Under the pieces are notes generated by a model. That model saw nothing but the letters and a program-made list of their open reading frames with translations, was not told where the DNA came from and did not search any database. From assembly GCA_963719225.1 (NCBI GenBank), contig CAVRAY010000001.1, forward strand, positions 640,001-704,000: DNA of 64,000 bases. Reading direction: 5' to 3'. The position numbers and the translations under genes are program-made. Each line of letters begins with the position of its first letter. The first letter of the stretch is position 1. This DNA is from Thermoanaerobaculia bacterium. GTDB taxonomy: Bacteria; Acidobacteriota; Thermoanaerobaculia; UBA5066. Below, one piece after another: positions 39,405-48,873 of the stretch.

Positions 39405-40658
39405 TCAGTCGGCCGGACCGGGAACTTCGGCTCCCTTGGGGATCACCACGACGCCTCCCTCGGAGACGTGGAAGCGCTTGCGGTCCTCCTCCTCGTCGAA
39501 GCCGATTTCCGTGCGCGGCGGGATCTGCACTCCGCGGTCGACGATGACGCGGCGGAGGCGCGCGTAGCGCCCCACGTCGACGCCGTCCATGAGGACGCAT
39601 TCCTCGACGTGAGAGAACGAGTTGATCCTCACGCGCGGGAACAGGATCGAGCGGTGAATCGTGCCGCCCGAGATGATGCAGCCCGACGCGACGGTGGAGT
39701 CGGTCGCGATGCCGATGCGCTGGGAAATCGCGTCCGCGAACACGAACTTCGCCGGCGGCTGCTGCGAGGCGTGGCTCTTGAGCGGCCACTTGTGGTTGTA
39801 GAGGTTCAGCGGCGGCGTGACGGAGATCAGGTCCATCGACGCGTCCCAGTAGGAGTCGATGGTGCCGACGTCCCGCCAGTAGGGCTCGAGATCCTCGGCC
39901 CCCGGGACGCGGTTCGTCGAGAAGTCGTACGCGTAGAGGCCCACGCCTCCCGCGAGCAGCGCCGGGATGATCGTCTTGCCGAAGTCGTGGGAGGTGTCCT
40001 GGAGCGCGTCGTGCTCGAGCGCGTCGATCAGGACGCCCGCGCGAAAGATGTAATTGCCCATGGACGCGAGCGCCATCTCGGGGTTTGAGGGCATGGGCCA
40101 CGGCTCGGCGGGCTTCTCGTGGAAGTTGAGGATTCGCCCGTCCGCCGCGACCTCGAGAATCCCGAAACGCGAGGCGTCGGCGATCGGTACGGGAATCGCC
40201 GCGATCGTGAGGTCGTGGCCGCCCTCCTCGTGCGCGAGGAGCATCGGGTTCACGTCCATCATGTAGATGTGGTCGCCGCCGAAGACGCAGACGTGCGCGG
40301 GCTCTTCGTCGAAGATGAGATCGAGATTCTGATAGACCGCGTCCGCGGTCCCTCGAAACCAGTGAGGACCGCGCCGCATCTGGGCGGGGACGGGATCCAC
40401 GAACTGGCCGATGTCGAAGCTGAGCCGCCAGGTGCGGATGATGTGCTCGATGAGCGAGTTCGACTTGAACTGGGTCAGGACCTTGATCTTCGTGAAGCCG
40501 GAGTTGACGAAGTTGTTGAGGGCGAAATCGATGATGCGGTAGCGGCCGCCGAACGGTACCGCGGGCTTCGCGCGGTCGCGCGTCAGCGGAAAAAGCCGCT
40601 CGCCCATCCCGCCCGCGAGGATGACCGAGAGGACGTCGCGATGCTGGAGGATCTTCAC
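39405..40658 (-). CDS. glgC: Glucose-1-phosphate adenylyltransferase
   Basis: LAGGMGERLFPLT..RAKPAVPFGGRYRIIDF, GTADAVYQN, GDHIY, SMGNYIF, YWRDVGT. Confidence 0.96.
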   Translation of the reverse strand: MKILQHRDVLSVILAGGMGERLFPLTRDRAKPAVPFGGRYRIIDFALNNFVNSGFTKIKVLTQFKSNSLIEHIIRTWRLSFDIGQFVDPVPAQMRRGPHWFRGTADAVYQNLDLIFDEEPAHVCVFGGDHIYMMDVNPMLLAHEEGGHDLTIAAIPVPIADASRFGILEVAADGRILNFHEKPAEPWPMPSNPEMALASMGNYIFRAGVLIDALEHDALQDTSHDFGKTIIPALLAGGVGLYAYDFSTNRVPGAEDLEPYWRDVGTIDSYWDASMDLISVTPPLNLYNHKWPLKSHASQQPPAKFVFADAISQRIGIATDSTVASGCIISGGTIHRSILFPRVRINSFSHVEECVLMDGVDVGRYARLRRVIVDRGVQIPPRTEIGFDEEEDRKRFHVSEGGVVVIPKGAEVPGPAD

Positions 40659-40747
40659 AGGGCTCCCGCAATGAGATGCCGCGCGATCGTACCGCGTTCG
40701 GCGTTCCTTTCGGGCGGCGGCGCGCGTCGGGTATCGTAGCGGCGCGC

Positions 40748-41770
40748 ATGGCCACGAAGGATCCTTACGAGGTTCTCGGAGTCGATCGCAAGGCGAGCGA
40801 GGCGGAGATCAAGAAGGCGTACCGCCGCCTCGCGCGCAAGCACCATCCGGACGTCAACGTGTCGGACGCGGCCGCGAAGAGGAAGTTCCAGGAGATCGCG
40901 GCGGCCTACGAGGTCCTAAAAGACCCGAAACGCCGGAAACATTTCGACACGACCGGCGACACCGGAGCTCCGCCCGAGGGCGGCGTTCCGCGTCCGACCG
41001 GAGCGGGACCGTTCGCCGGAGGCTCCCCGTTCGGTGGAAGCAGCCCGTTCGGCGGAGCGTCCCGCGGAACGACCTTCCACTGGTCGGGCGATTTCGGCGA
41101 CCTCTTTTCCGATCTCTTCTCGGGTGGCCGCGCGGGAGGCGCTCCGGGCTTCGACGAAGAGGACGACGATGCCGCCGCCGAGCTCACGATCCCCTTTCGC
41201 GACGCCGTCCTCGGCGGGACGATCACGTTGCAGGTGCGATATCCCCGCCGCTGCACGCGATGCGGAGGGTCGGGCCGCGTCGGACAGGCCCCGTGCCCTA
41301 CCTGTCACGGCGCGGGCGAGGTGGTCTCGAAGGAGCGCCTCTCCGTGCGCATTCCCGCGGGCGTCTCGACCGGCTCGAAGGTGCGCGTGCCCGGGAAAGG
41401 CCGCACCGAGAAGGGCGATCTCTACGTGGCGCTCACGGTACTCGCGCACCCGTATTTCGCGCGTGAGGGCGACGACATCCTCGCCGAGGTGCCGGTCACC
41501 GTCTCCGAGGCGTATCTCGGCGCCGAGATCGACGTCCCGACGATCCACGGACCCGTGCGCGCGCGCATTCCTCCGGGGACCGCCGGAGGGCAGCGCTTCC
41601 GTCTCAAGGGCTACGGGGTGAGGAGCGGGCGCGGGGTCGACGGCGACCATACCTACCGCGTGTCGATCGCGATGCCGGGGAAGCCGACGGAAGAGGGCCG
41701 CGCGACCGCCGCGAAGTTCGCCGGGCTCTACGAGCGGGACCCGCGCGCCGACCTTCCGCGCGGGCTATAG
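40748..41770 (+). CDS. DnaJ-class molecular chaperone
   Basis: J domain with HPD; G/F-rich region; two CxxCxGxG motifs; C-terminal domain. Confidence 0.9.
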   Translation: MATKDPYEVLGVDRKASEAEIKKAYRRLARKHHPDVNVSDAAAKRKFQEIAAAYEVLKDPKRRKHFDTTGDTGAPPEGGVPRPTGAGPFAGGSPFGGSSPFGGASRGTTFHWSGDFGDLFSDLFSGGRAGGAPGFDEEDDDAAAELTIPFRDAVLGGTITLQVRYPRRCTRCGGSGRVGQAPCPTCHGAGEVVSKERLSVRIPAGVSTGSKVRVPGKGRTEKGDLYVALTVLAHPYFAREGDDILAEVPVTVSEAYLGAEIDVPTIHGPVRARIPPGTAGGQRFRLKGYGVRSGRGVDGDHTYRVSIAMPGKPTEEGRATAAKFAGLYERDPRADLPRGL

Positions 41771-41774
41771 GCGC

Positions 41775-42881
41775 CTATTCCTTTTCGGACATGTCCCGGA
41801 CGACCGCGAGCGCGCGGTCGACGGGGAAGTCCGGGCGGAACGGGATCGTGAGGACCGTGTCCGATCCGCCGCGCAGGTAGGAGAGGCCCGTGTCCGAGCT
41901 CCAGTAGAACGTCGGGACGCCGGCCGCCGAGATGATCGTGCCGACCTGTGTCGAGAACGGCAGATCGATCTTCGGGAGCTGACTCTCGGTGAAGGCCCGG
42001 CCGATGGGCGTGTGGCCGCGCGCGAACGAGGTCCGCTGCGCGGGCGAGAGGCCATCGGGCGGTACGAGCTTCGGAAGGTTGTCGGGAAAGGCGAGGCGAA
42101 TGACCTGCTGCGTGCGCGTCGCGAGGTTCGCGAAGGAGACGAGCACGCCGCCATTCGTTCCCGCATCGCGCTGCAGACCGGGATGCACGTACGTCGACAG
42201 AGCGAGCCCCGCGCTGTCGGTCGGGCCGGCGGCACCGTTCAGGTCGTTGAGGTTCCAGGCCGTGACGTCGTCGAGCCGGAGGCTGCCATCCTCGATGAAG
42301 ACGGCGGCGTAGCGGGCCTGCGAAGCGATGCTCTCCTCCCACCACACGATGGAAAGGATCGTGCGCGATTTCGTGAACGGCCGGCCCGTGTCGTCAGCGT
42401 CCGTGTACGTCTGCCGCGTCACGAGGAGCTGCGGATTCATCGAGACGAAGAGTCCCGGGTTCGGGAGGAAACGGCCTTCGGTCCAGGCGCCGCTCCGGCG
42501 CATCGCGACGTGCACATCCGCGAAGAAGCCCTGCAGCCTCGTGTAGACGACGAAGACGGTCTGTGTGGTCTCGTCGAACTCGAGCGACTCGCCCAGCTTG
42601 TCGAGGTCGTCCACGGTGCCGCCCACGATCTCGACGGTCGGCTTTCCGCCGGGGAGCGTCGTACGGAGGGCGAGGACGGGCAGTTGCGCGTCGGACGCGC
42701 TGGCGCCCGTGATGACCTTGCCGTAGGAAGAGCTGAAGACCTCGTAGAGCGTGCCGTCCTTCCCGAGCACCGCGGACGCCGCTTCCGCGCGGCCCGCGAA
42801 CAGGCCGAGCCCCCCGAGGGCGACGAGGCCCGCGAGGGTGGAGGCCAATCGGCGGGAGAGGCGGGGTTTCACGGACTTCAC
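41775..42881 (-). CDS. Secreted/periplasmic hypothetical protein
   Basis: GTG start 3 nt after TPR stop; signal peptide ending AEA; beta-rich. Confidence 0.75.
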   Translation of the reverse strand: MKSVKPRLSRRLASTLAGLVALGGLGLFAGRAEAASAVLGKDGTLYEVFSSSYGKVITGASASDAQLPVLALRTTLPGGKPTVEIVGGTVDDLDKLGESLEFDETTQTVFVVYTRLQGFFADVHVAMRRSGAWTEGRFLPNPGLFVSMNPQLLVTRQTYTDADDTGRPFTKSRTILSIVWWEESIASQARYAAVFIEDGSLRLDDVTAWNLNDLNGAAGPTDSAGLALSTYVHPGLQRDAGTNGGVLVSFANLATRTQQVIRLAFPDNLPKLVPPDGLSPAQRTSFARGHTPIGRAFTESQLPKIDLPFSTQVGTIISAAGVPTFYWSSDTGLSYLRGGSDTVLTIPFRPDFPVDRALAVVRDMSEKE

Positions 42882-42883
42882 GG

Positions 42884-43789
42884 TCAGCTCCGGAGGTTGA
42901 TCACGTTGCGGAAGTCGAAGACCTCGAGATACGCCCTCAGGTTCTTGAATTCCGGGTAGAGGTTCGCGAGTCGGTCGAAATAGCCGCGTGCGGCGTCGTC
43001 GTCGCCCGCGAGGTGGCACGTCTCCCCGAGGAGATAGAGGAAGCTCTTTTCCACGGCGGGCTCCCCGCTCAGGGGGACGCGCTCGAGGCCGGACTCGCCG
43101 AAATAGCGGGCTTCCTCGTGGCGGTCGCTCTTCAGGTAGCCGAAGCACAGGTCGAGGAGGGGATAGACCGTGTAGCTCCGGGCCCCTTCCTTCTCGAGCG
43201 CCTCGAACGCCTCGTGCACGAGCGCGAGCCCCTCGGAAACACGCTCCACGGCGATGAGGCAGTAGCCCAGGTTGTCGCGCCAGACGGCTCGGAATATGGA
43301 GGACACGCCTTCTTTGCCTTCGGTCCTCTCGAGCGCGCGGCGGTAGACCGAGGCGGCCTCCTCGAAGCGGCTGTCGACCGTGAGCAGCATGCCCGACTGG
43401 TTGTCGCAGTGCGCGAGGATCGACTCGTCGCCGAGCGTCTCCGCGTGGCGGCGGGCGATCCGGTTGTAGAACAGCGCCTTCTCGAAATCCCGGCGCAGCT
43501 CGTAGACGCGCGCCGAAGCGTGCGCGGCGCGCACGGCCGTCGCGGGGCTGGCCGACCTCAGCAGGACGCGCTTGAGCTCGACGAGGACGTCGTCGGCCGG
43601 TCCGGCCTCGATGGCGGCGGCGGCGCGGCACACGTACATCCAGTCTCCGAAAGCGGGATCGCCGGTCGCGCGCGCGGCTTCGAGCGCGCGGTCGTAGGCG
43701 GACAGCGCGGCGGGAAACTCGCCCTTCTCGAGGAGGACGAGCGCTTCATCGCGTGCCGTTTCGGCGGCGGCGCGGAGGGCTTCAGTCAT
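42884..43789 (-). CDS. Tetratricopeptide-repeat protein
   Basis: Repeated helical TPR pattern (ALSAYDRALE, FEKALFY, FEEAASVYRRALE, NLGYCL, YLLGETCHLAG). Confidence 0.85.
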   Translation of the reverse strand: MTEALRAAAETARDEALVLLEKGEFPAALSAYDRALEAARATGDPAFGDWMYVCRAAAAIEAGPADDVLVELKRVLLRSASPATAVRAAHASARVYELRRDFEKALFYNRIARRHAETLGDESILAHCDNQSGMLLTVDSRFEEAASVYRRALERTEGKEGVSSIFRAVWRDNLGYCLIAVERVSEGLALVHEAFEALEKEGARSYTVYPLLDLCFGYLKSDRHEEARYFGESGLERVPLSGEPAVEKSFLYLLGETCHLAGDDDAARGYFDRLANLYPEFKNLRAYLEVFDFRNVINLRS

Positions 43790-44210
43790 CCTCGTCCCCG
43801 TCGCCGTCGGGCCGCGTCTTGTCGGCCTGCATCCTCTTGAACGCGACGAACTCGCGCACTTCGCGGCGCGACTCCTCCGGGAGGGCCGCCCAGTCGCGCG
43901 CGAGAGGCGACTCGTCGAACGGGGCGGGCGGAGCCGATCCCGCGTCGGCTGCCGGCGCGTCGGAGGCTCCGGCGGAATCGGCGGAAGGCTCTTCGAAGAA
44001 GTGGCTCATGGACAGCTCGAATACCTGAAGGATCCGGAAGAGAGTGTCGAGACCGACCTTGTACTCACCGTTTTCCATGCGCGACAGGTCGGACTGCGTC
44101 ACGCCGATTCGGGAGGCGAGCTCCGCCTGCGTCAGGTGCCGGCTCTTGCGGATCTGACGGATTTTCTGCCCCACCAGGAGGATCTGGGACGCACGCGGCA
44201 CAGCGCTCAT
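43782..44210 (-). CDS. XRE-family helix-turn-helix regulator
   Basis: GQKIRQIRKSRHLTQAELASRIGVTQSDLSRMENG; overlaps TPR start. Confidence 0.92.
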   Translation of the reverse strand: MSAVPRASQILLVGQKIRQIRKSRHLTQAELASRIGVTQSDLSRMENGEYKVGLDTLFRILQVFELSMSHFFEEPSADSAGASDAPAADAGSAPPAPFDESPLARDWAALPEESRREVREFVAFKRMQADKTRPDGDGDEDD

Positions 44211-44288
44211 GAGCCTTCATCATCTAAGATAGTCTCTCCGCCCCGGGTGTCAAGCGGTTTCGGTTGATTTGGACCAAGTGCTACCTCA

Positions 44289-45056
44289 TTGAAGAACAAG
44301 CTCTTCTTGCTCTCGGAGCTCCTCCGGAGAGACCTTGCGGCCCGATACGGAGGCAGCTACGCGGGTCCCCTGTGGGCCGTCCTGAACCCGGCTGTCTTCT
44401 GCGCGCTCAATGCTTTCGTATTCGCCTACGTCATCAAGATTCCGCCTCCTGCCGGCTTTCAGGGCGGCTACGTGGAGTTCCTCCTGGCCGGGCTTCTTCC
44501 CTGGCTCGGAGTCCAGGAGGCGGTCATGAGGGCGACGGTCTCGGTGAGCGACCAGGCGCATCTCGTCAAGAAGATCCGCTTCCCGATTCATCTCCTGACG
44601 GCGTCCGCCCTGGGCGCCGCCCTCGTCGTCCAGCTCGTCGGGATCAGCGCTCTCGCGGGATTCCTCCTGGTGACCGGCCGCGGCTCCGTGAACGTCGGCC
44701 TCCTCGCCGTGGCCTTCGCCTTCGAGTGCCTCCTCCTCGCCGGGCCGGCGCTCATCCTCGCCTCCCTGAACGTCTTTTTTCGCGACCTCGCCCAGCTCCT
44801 TCCCCCTTTTCTCATGATCGCGTTTTACCTCTCGCCCATCATCTATCCCGAGTCGATGGTGCCGCGCGTCGCCGCTCCCTTCCTCGCGTTCAATCCGATC
44901 CGCGACCTCCTCGCGCTCTTTCGCGCGGCGCTGTTCGGAGCGCCCCTTCCGCCTTTCGGCCGCGTCGCGGCCTGGTCGGCGGTTCTCGCCGTGGTAGGCT
45001 TCCTCGGGGTCCGGCTGTTCCGGCGGTGCCGCCCGTCCTTCGCGGACCTTCTCTGA
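44289..45056 (+). CDS. wzm: Polysaccharide ABC transporter permease
   Basis: RDLAARYGGSYAGPLWAVLNP, LVKKIRFP, FFRDL, FYLSPIIYP, FNP, FADLL. Confidence 0.9.
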   Translation: MKNKLFLLSELLRRDLAARYGGSYAGPLWAVLNPAVFCALNAFVFAYVIKIPPPAGFQGGYVEFLLAGLLPWLGVQEAVMRATVSVSDQAHLVKKIRFPIHLLTASALGAALVVQLVGISALAGFLLVTGRGSVNVGLLAVAFAFECLLLAGPALILASLNVFFRDLAQLLPPFLMIAFYLSPIIYPESMVPRVAAPFLAFNPIRDLLALFRAALFGAPLPPFGRVAAWSAVLAVVGFLGVRLFRRCRPSFADLL

Positions 45057-45118
45057 AAGACTCTTCATCGCCCGAAGGCCGAAGGTCCGAGGGCTCCGTG
45101 CGCTGCTAGGAGATTCTC

Positions 45119-46801
45119 GTGAAAGCCTTCCTCTCCGCCTTCCTGGCGGCCGTCCTCGCCGTGGCCGTGGGCTGCTCCACTTCGACCTCCACTCCGCCGC
45201 GAGCCGCGAGTGCGCCCGCCGCCACCCCGACCCCCGCCGTCAAAGACGACCGTGTCAAGGAGCTGCTCGGGCTCAAACAGCCGGAAGCGAGAGCGCAGGA
45301 GATGGGGGACGAAGAAGACGGCCCATCGACGGTCGTGGATCCCCAGACGGGGAAGAAGCTCATGCGCGTTCCGAAGAGCCGCATCTACTACGTAAAGGAC
45401 GGCCTCCTCTACAACGCGATCGTGAACCTGCCGGGGACGCCGTACGTCCGCGAGGACGACAAGGCGTACTACGTCGAGGTCGTACCGGAGAAGCCGGTGG
45501 CTCCGAAATCGTCGAAGAGCGAAACGGAGACGCTGAAGCCGATTCTCGAGATTCCCGCGAGCGAGGCCGAAGTGGTGACACCCGCGATCTCGAAGGACAC
45601 GTTTCGCTTCGCGGAGATCTCCGGCGGCCTCCCGAAGGCCGGGATCTGGCGCGAGAACTTCGCGCTAGGCGACGTGCTCGCGCAGGGGCGCCCCCAGATC
45701 GTCGCGCCTCCGGCGCGGCTCACGGGCCAGTACCTCCGCGTCTTCCGGCTCGACAAGGAGGACGGAGGCGTCTGGCGCTGGCGATCGGCGCAAGTGGAGT
45801 TCCAGAATCCGGACGGCATAGACGCGGCATATGGCGTCGCTGCGGTCGCCGACGTGGACGGTGACGGGAAGCTCGACATCGTGTTCGGCGGTCACGGGTC
45901 CGGACCCGCGGTCGCGCTGAACAAGGGAGACGGCAAGTTCCTCGTTGAGGCCCGCGCGCTTCCACGTGCGATGTCGACGCGTGCGATCGAGGCCGTCGAC
46001 CTCAACGCCGACGGCCGCGTCGACCTTCTCGCCATCTCGGATACGGGCGAGTGGTCGGACAGCGGCGGCCAGCCGAAGCAGGAGGGCGACTACCTGCGCG
46101 GCTACGACGTCCGGGCGTTCCTGAACGAGGGCGACCGTTTTCGCGAGGTTCACAAAGGTCTCGAGGGGGCGTGCTTCGGTTACGCGATCGCCGCGGTCGT
46201 GCCGAAGGACGGCCTGCCTTTTTATTCCTCGGCGTGCCGGTACATCGGAGGGTCGGCGACGCTCTACGAGTTCGACCCGAAGAAGGAAGAATTCCGTTTC
46301 GTCGGCGCGGACGTCGTGGAGACGTATGGCCCCCAGGCCGGCGCGGCCGCGGGCCTCTACCGTGGACGCCCCGCGGCTTTTGCCTCCTACTTCAAGCGCT
46401 CCCCCTCGGGCGCGTCCCGGAAGATCGACGGGCAGGGGATCACGATCTACTACCGCGACGCGGACGGGAAAATGAAGAGCAAGCGCGTCGTCAAGACGCT
46501 GAAATTCGACGCGGGCTCGCAGGCGATCGCGGTCGGGGACCTGAACGGCGATGGCCTGGACGACATCGTCTGGGGCGACGAGAGCACGCAGCGGCTGCGC
46601 GTCTTCTTCCAGACCCCCGCGGGAGAGTTCGAAGAGCTCGCCGAGGCCCGGGAGCCGGTGTTCGTGAACCATCCCACCGCGCTCCGGATCGCCGACGTGG
46701 ACGGTGACGGGCGGAAAGACGTCGTCCTGATGTATCAGTACCTGACGGGAGACGAGACGCGGGCCGGCGGTTTCCGGGCGTTTCGAGGCCTCGCGAAGTG
46801 A
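45119..46801 (+). CDS. FG-GAP/VCBS repeat lipoprotein (Ca-binding beta-propeller)
   Basis: Lipobox AVGC; repeats ADVDGDGKLDI, VDLNADGRVDL, GDLNGDGLDDI, ADVDGDGRKDV. Confidence 0.88.
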   Translation: MKAFLSAFLAAVLAVAVGCSTSTSTPPRAASAPAATPTPAVKDDRVKELLGLKQPEARAQEMGDEEDGPSTVVDPQTGKKLMRVPKSRIYYVKDGLLYNAIVNLPGTPYVREDDKAYYVEVVPEKPVAPKSSKSETETLKPILEIPASEAEVVTPAISKDTFRFAEISGGLPKAGIWRENFALGDVLAQGRPQIVAPPARLTGQYLRVFRLDKEDGGVWRWRSAQVEFQNPDGIDAAYGVAAVADVDGDGKLDIVFGGHGSGPAVALNKGDGKFLVEARALPRAMSTRAIEAVDLNADGRVDLLAISDTGEWSDSGGQPKQEGDYLRGYDVRAFLNEGDRFREVHKGLEGACFGYAIAAVVPKDGLPFYSSACRYIGGSATLYEFDPKKEEFRFVGADVVETYGPQAGAAAGLYRGRPAAFASYFKRSPSGASRKIDGQGITIYYRDADGKMKSKRVVKTLKFDAGSQAIAVGDLNGDGLDDIVWGDESTQRLRVFFQTPAGEFEELAEAREPVFVNHPTALRIADVDGDGRKDVVLMYQYLTGDETRAGGFRAFRGLAK

Positions 46802-46867
46802 GGTTTTGCCCCCCTCGGACACTCTCCTATCAGATATGCGGGTCCATCATATTTTTCGGAAAAGGCC

Positions 46868-46896
46868 TTGACTTCGGGGGATTTTATTCCTATCGT
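46868..46896 (+). promoter_or_regulatory. Sigma70-type promoter of major surface protein gene
   Basis: TTGACT-N17-TATCGT in an AT-rich intergenic region. Confidence 0.65.
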
Positions 46897-47095
46897 TTGC
46901 TCAATGTTCACGAAGACTGGTGTCTGCCAGGCTAGCTACGCGCCCAAAAGCGCTGCAAATCGGATTTTCAAATTAATTTTCGGGAGGTGATTCGTTATCG
47001 CAGGCGGCAGGAGCCGGATTACACCTTCGAAGAACCTTTTTGAAAGCACTCACTCGGCACTAACGGATCCATTCCAATCATCGGTAGGAGTAAAA

Positions 47096-48676
47096 ATGAA
47101 AAAGTTTTCCGTCCTCATTGCCCTGGTGCTGCTCGCAGTCGCGGGCACGGGCTATGCGGTCACCTGCACGTATGACAACGTGCCGGCGGCCACGCTGCTC
47201 GTTCCGTACTGGCGAGTCTCGCTGAACGGCGCCACGGGCGCGCCCATCGGCACTGGCGGCGTCGACACCCTCGTGTCGATCGTCAACGTCTCCGCGCCTG
47301 GCGTCATCGCGCACGTCACGGTGTGGAACAAGTACTCGAAGGCCGTCCTCGACTTCAACGTCCCACTCACGGGCAAGGACGTCGCGTCCTTCTCCATGCG
47401 CGACGTGATGAACGGCAAGCTGAACGTCAACACGAACACGCAGACCGGCACGACGACCGACCCGTGCGGCGTGAACGTCAACGTCATTCCGGCGACGTAC
47501 AAGCCTTCTGTCGGCTTCGGCCAGAAGCAGTTCGTCCGCTTCTCGCATCCTGAGGCGATCAACGTGGGCGTTACGAACGACGCGTACACGTCGATCTCTC
47601 TCTACGCGACGGATGCCTTCGCGGCATTCCGCAACAAGGTGTGGGACTCGCTCGACGAGTCCGGCGACCTCGCGACGTTCACGACCACCGGCGGCACGAA
47701 CATCCTCGACACGGACAACCCGGCTTGCGGCCTCGGCACCTCGACGGGCGACGGCACGTTCCGGTCGGACCTGTCGGGCTACCTGACGATCGATGTCGTG
47801 AACTACTGCACGAACTACTTCCCAGACCAGGGTAACTTCTACGACGAAGATGCGATCGCGACGGCGGGCTGGGGCCCGACGTACACGCCGAACGCCCTGA
47901 TCGGCGACGTGTTCTACGTTGACTCCGCCACGACGGGCGGCAACGTCTCGGGCGACCCGGCCGTTCCGGTCGAGTTCGACTCGCGCCTCACCCCGTCTTC
48001 GACCACGAAGACTTTCTTCGGCAAGTTCGTTCAGGCGCAGTCGCACGTGCGCACCCGCCGAGACGACGACGGCCGGCGGCTGCACCTCGTTCATCTCCAC
48101 GTACGCTGCGGCGTTCCAGTTCGGCGGCGACGGCCGCGAGCCGCTCGGCGACCACTACGGCTTCCGCTTCCTCGCCGACGCGGCGAATGGTCTCCAGTCC
48201 TGGCTCATCGCGTGGCGTTCTGACTGGTATCGGTGGAACGCAGGTCAACCTCTGCACGTGGTTGACGGGGCATCGCTGGCAGCAACGGCTTCTATGACAC
48301 CGTTCACCAGCTCACGACCACCGTGTTCGACAACGACGAGAACTTCTTCCAGACCACGATTCCGGGCGGCCCGTCGGGCAACCAGAACGCTCCTCCGCCG
48401 AACCTGTACCTGTACCTCGAGTCGCAGCGCGTCAACCTGCTGGCCGCGACCGACTGGAACCAGGGCGGATTCAAGGGCGGCTGGGTCGACGTGGCCCTGC
48501 GCGGACCCGGCTACCTTGGCACGACGTCAGCCAATGGCTTCTACAACATGGGCTGGATCGGCGTTCAGCACACCGCTCCCGGCGCGTTCATCAGCGTCGG
48601 CCACGCGGCGGCGAGCTTGAACAACCAGTTCGTCTGCTCGCCGGCGATCTTTGTGGAGGCTGGCAACACGAACTGA
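47096..48676 (+). CDS. Putative S-layer/major surface protein (~525 aa when joined); three apparent frameshifts at ~48045, ~48231, ~48271
   Basis: TAGGAG RBS; signal peptide; TCTYDNVPAATLLVPY; T/N/G/V-rich; protein-like reading continues across frames to the stop at 48676; own promoter and terminator. Confidence 0.7.
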
Positions 48677-48695
48677 CTTTTCTCCCGGTAGGGGC

Positions 48696-48727
48696 AAGCG
48701 GGCGGCTTCGGCCGCCCGCTTTTTTTT
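48696..48727 (+). terminator. Rho-independent terminator
   Basis: GCGGGCGGC-TTCG-GCCGCCCGC followed by T8. Confidence 0.92.
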
Positions 48728-48873
48728 GAAAGATGGCCGGGCTGGAGAGCACTCCGACCCGGAGGCTCTTCTCCATAACTGAACTGCCCCTCGCGTCTGG
48801 ACACGGCCGTGAGCGAGGGGGTATCATTCATGCGGTTTTCCATCCCTTCCTGCGAAGGGCTATCCCTCCCCCG

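Noticed and set aside
46900-47095. Known riboswitch (c-di-GMP, SAM, TPP, cobalamin) in the long leader
   Set aside because: Could not find the conserved aptamer cores by eye; an Rfam scan would be needed to exclude them fully
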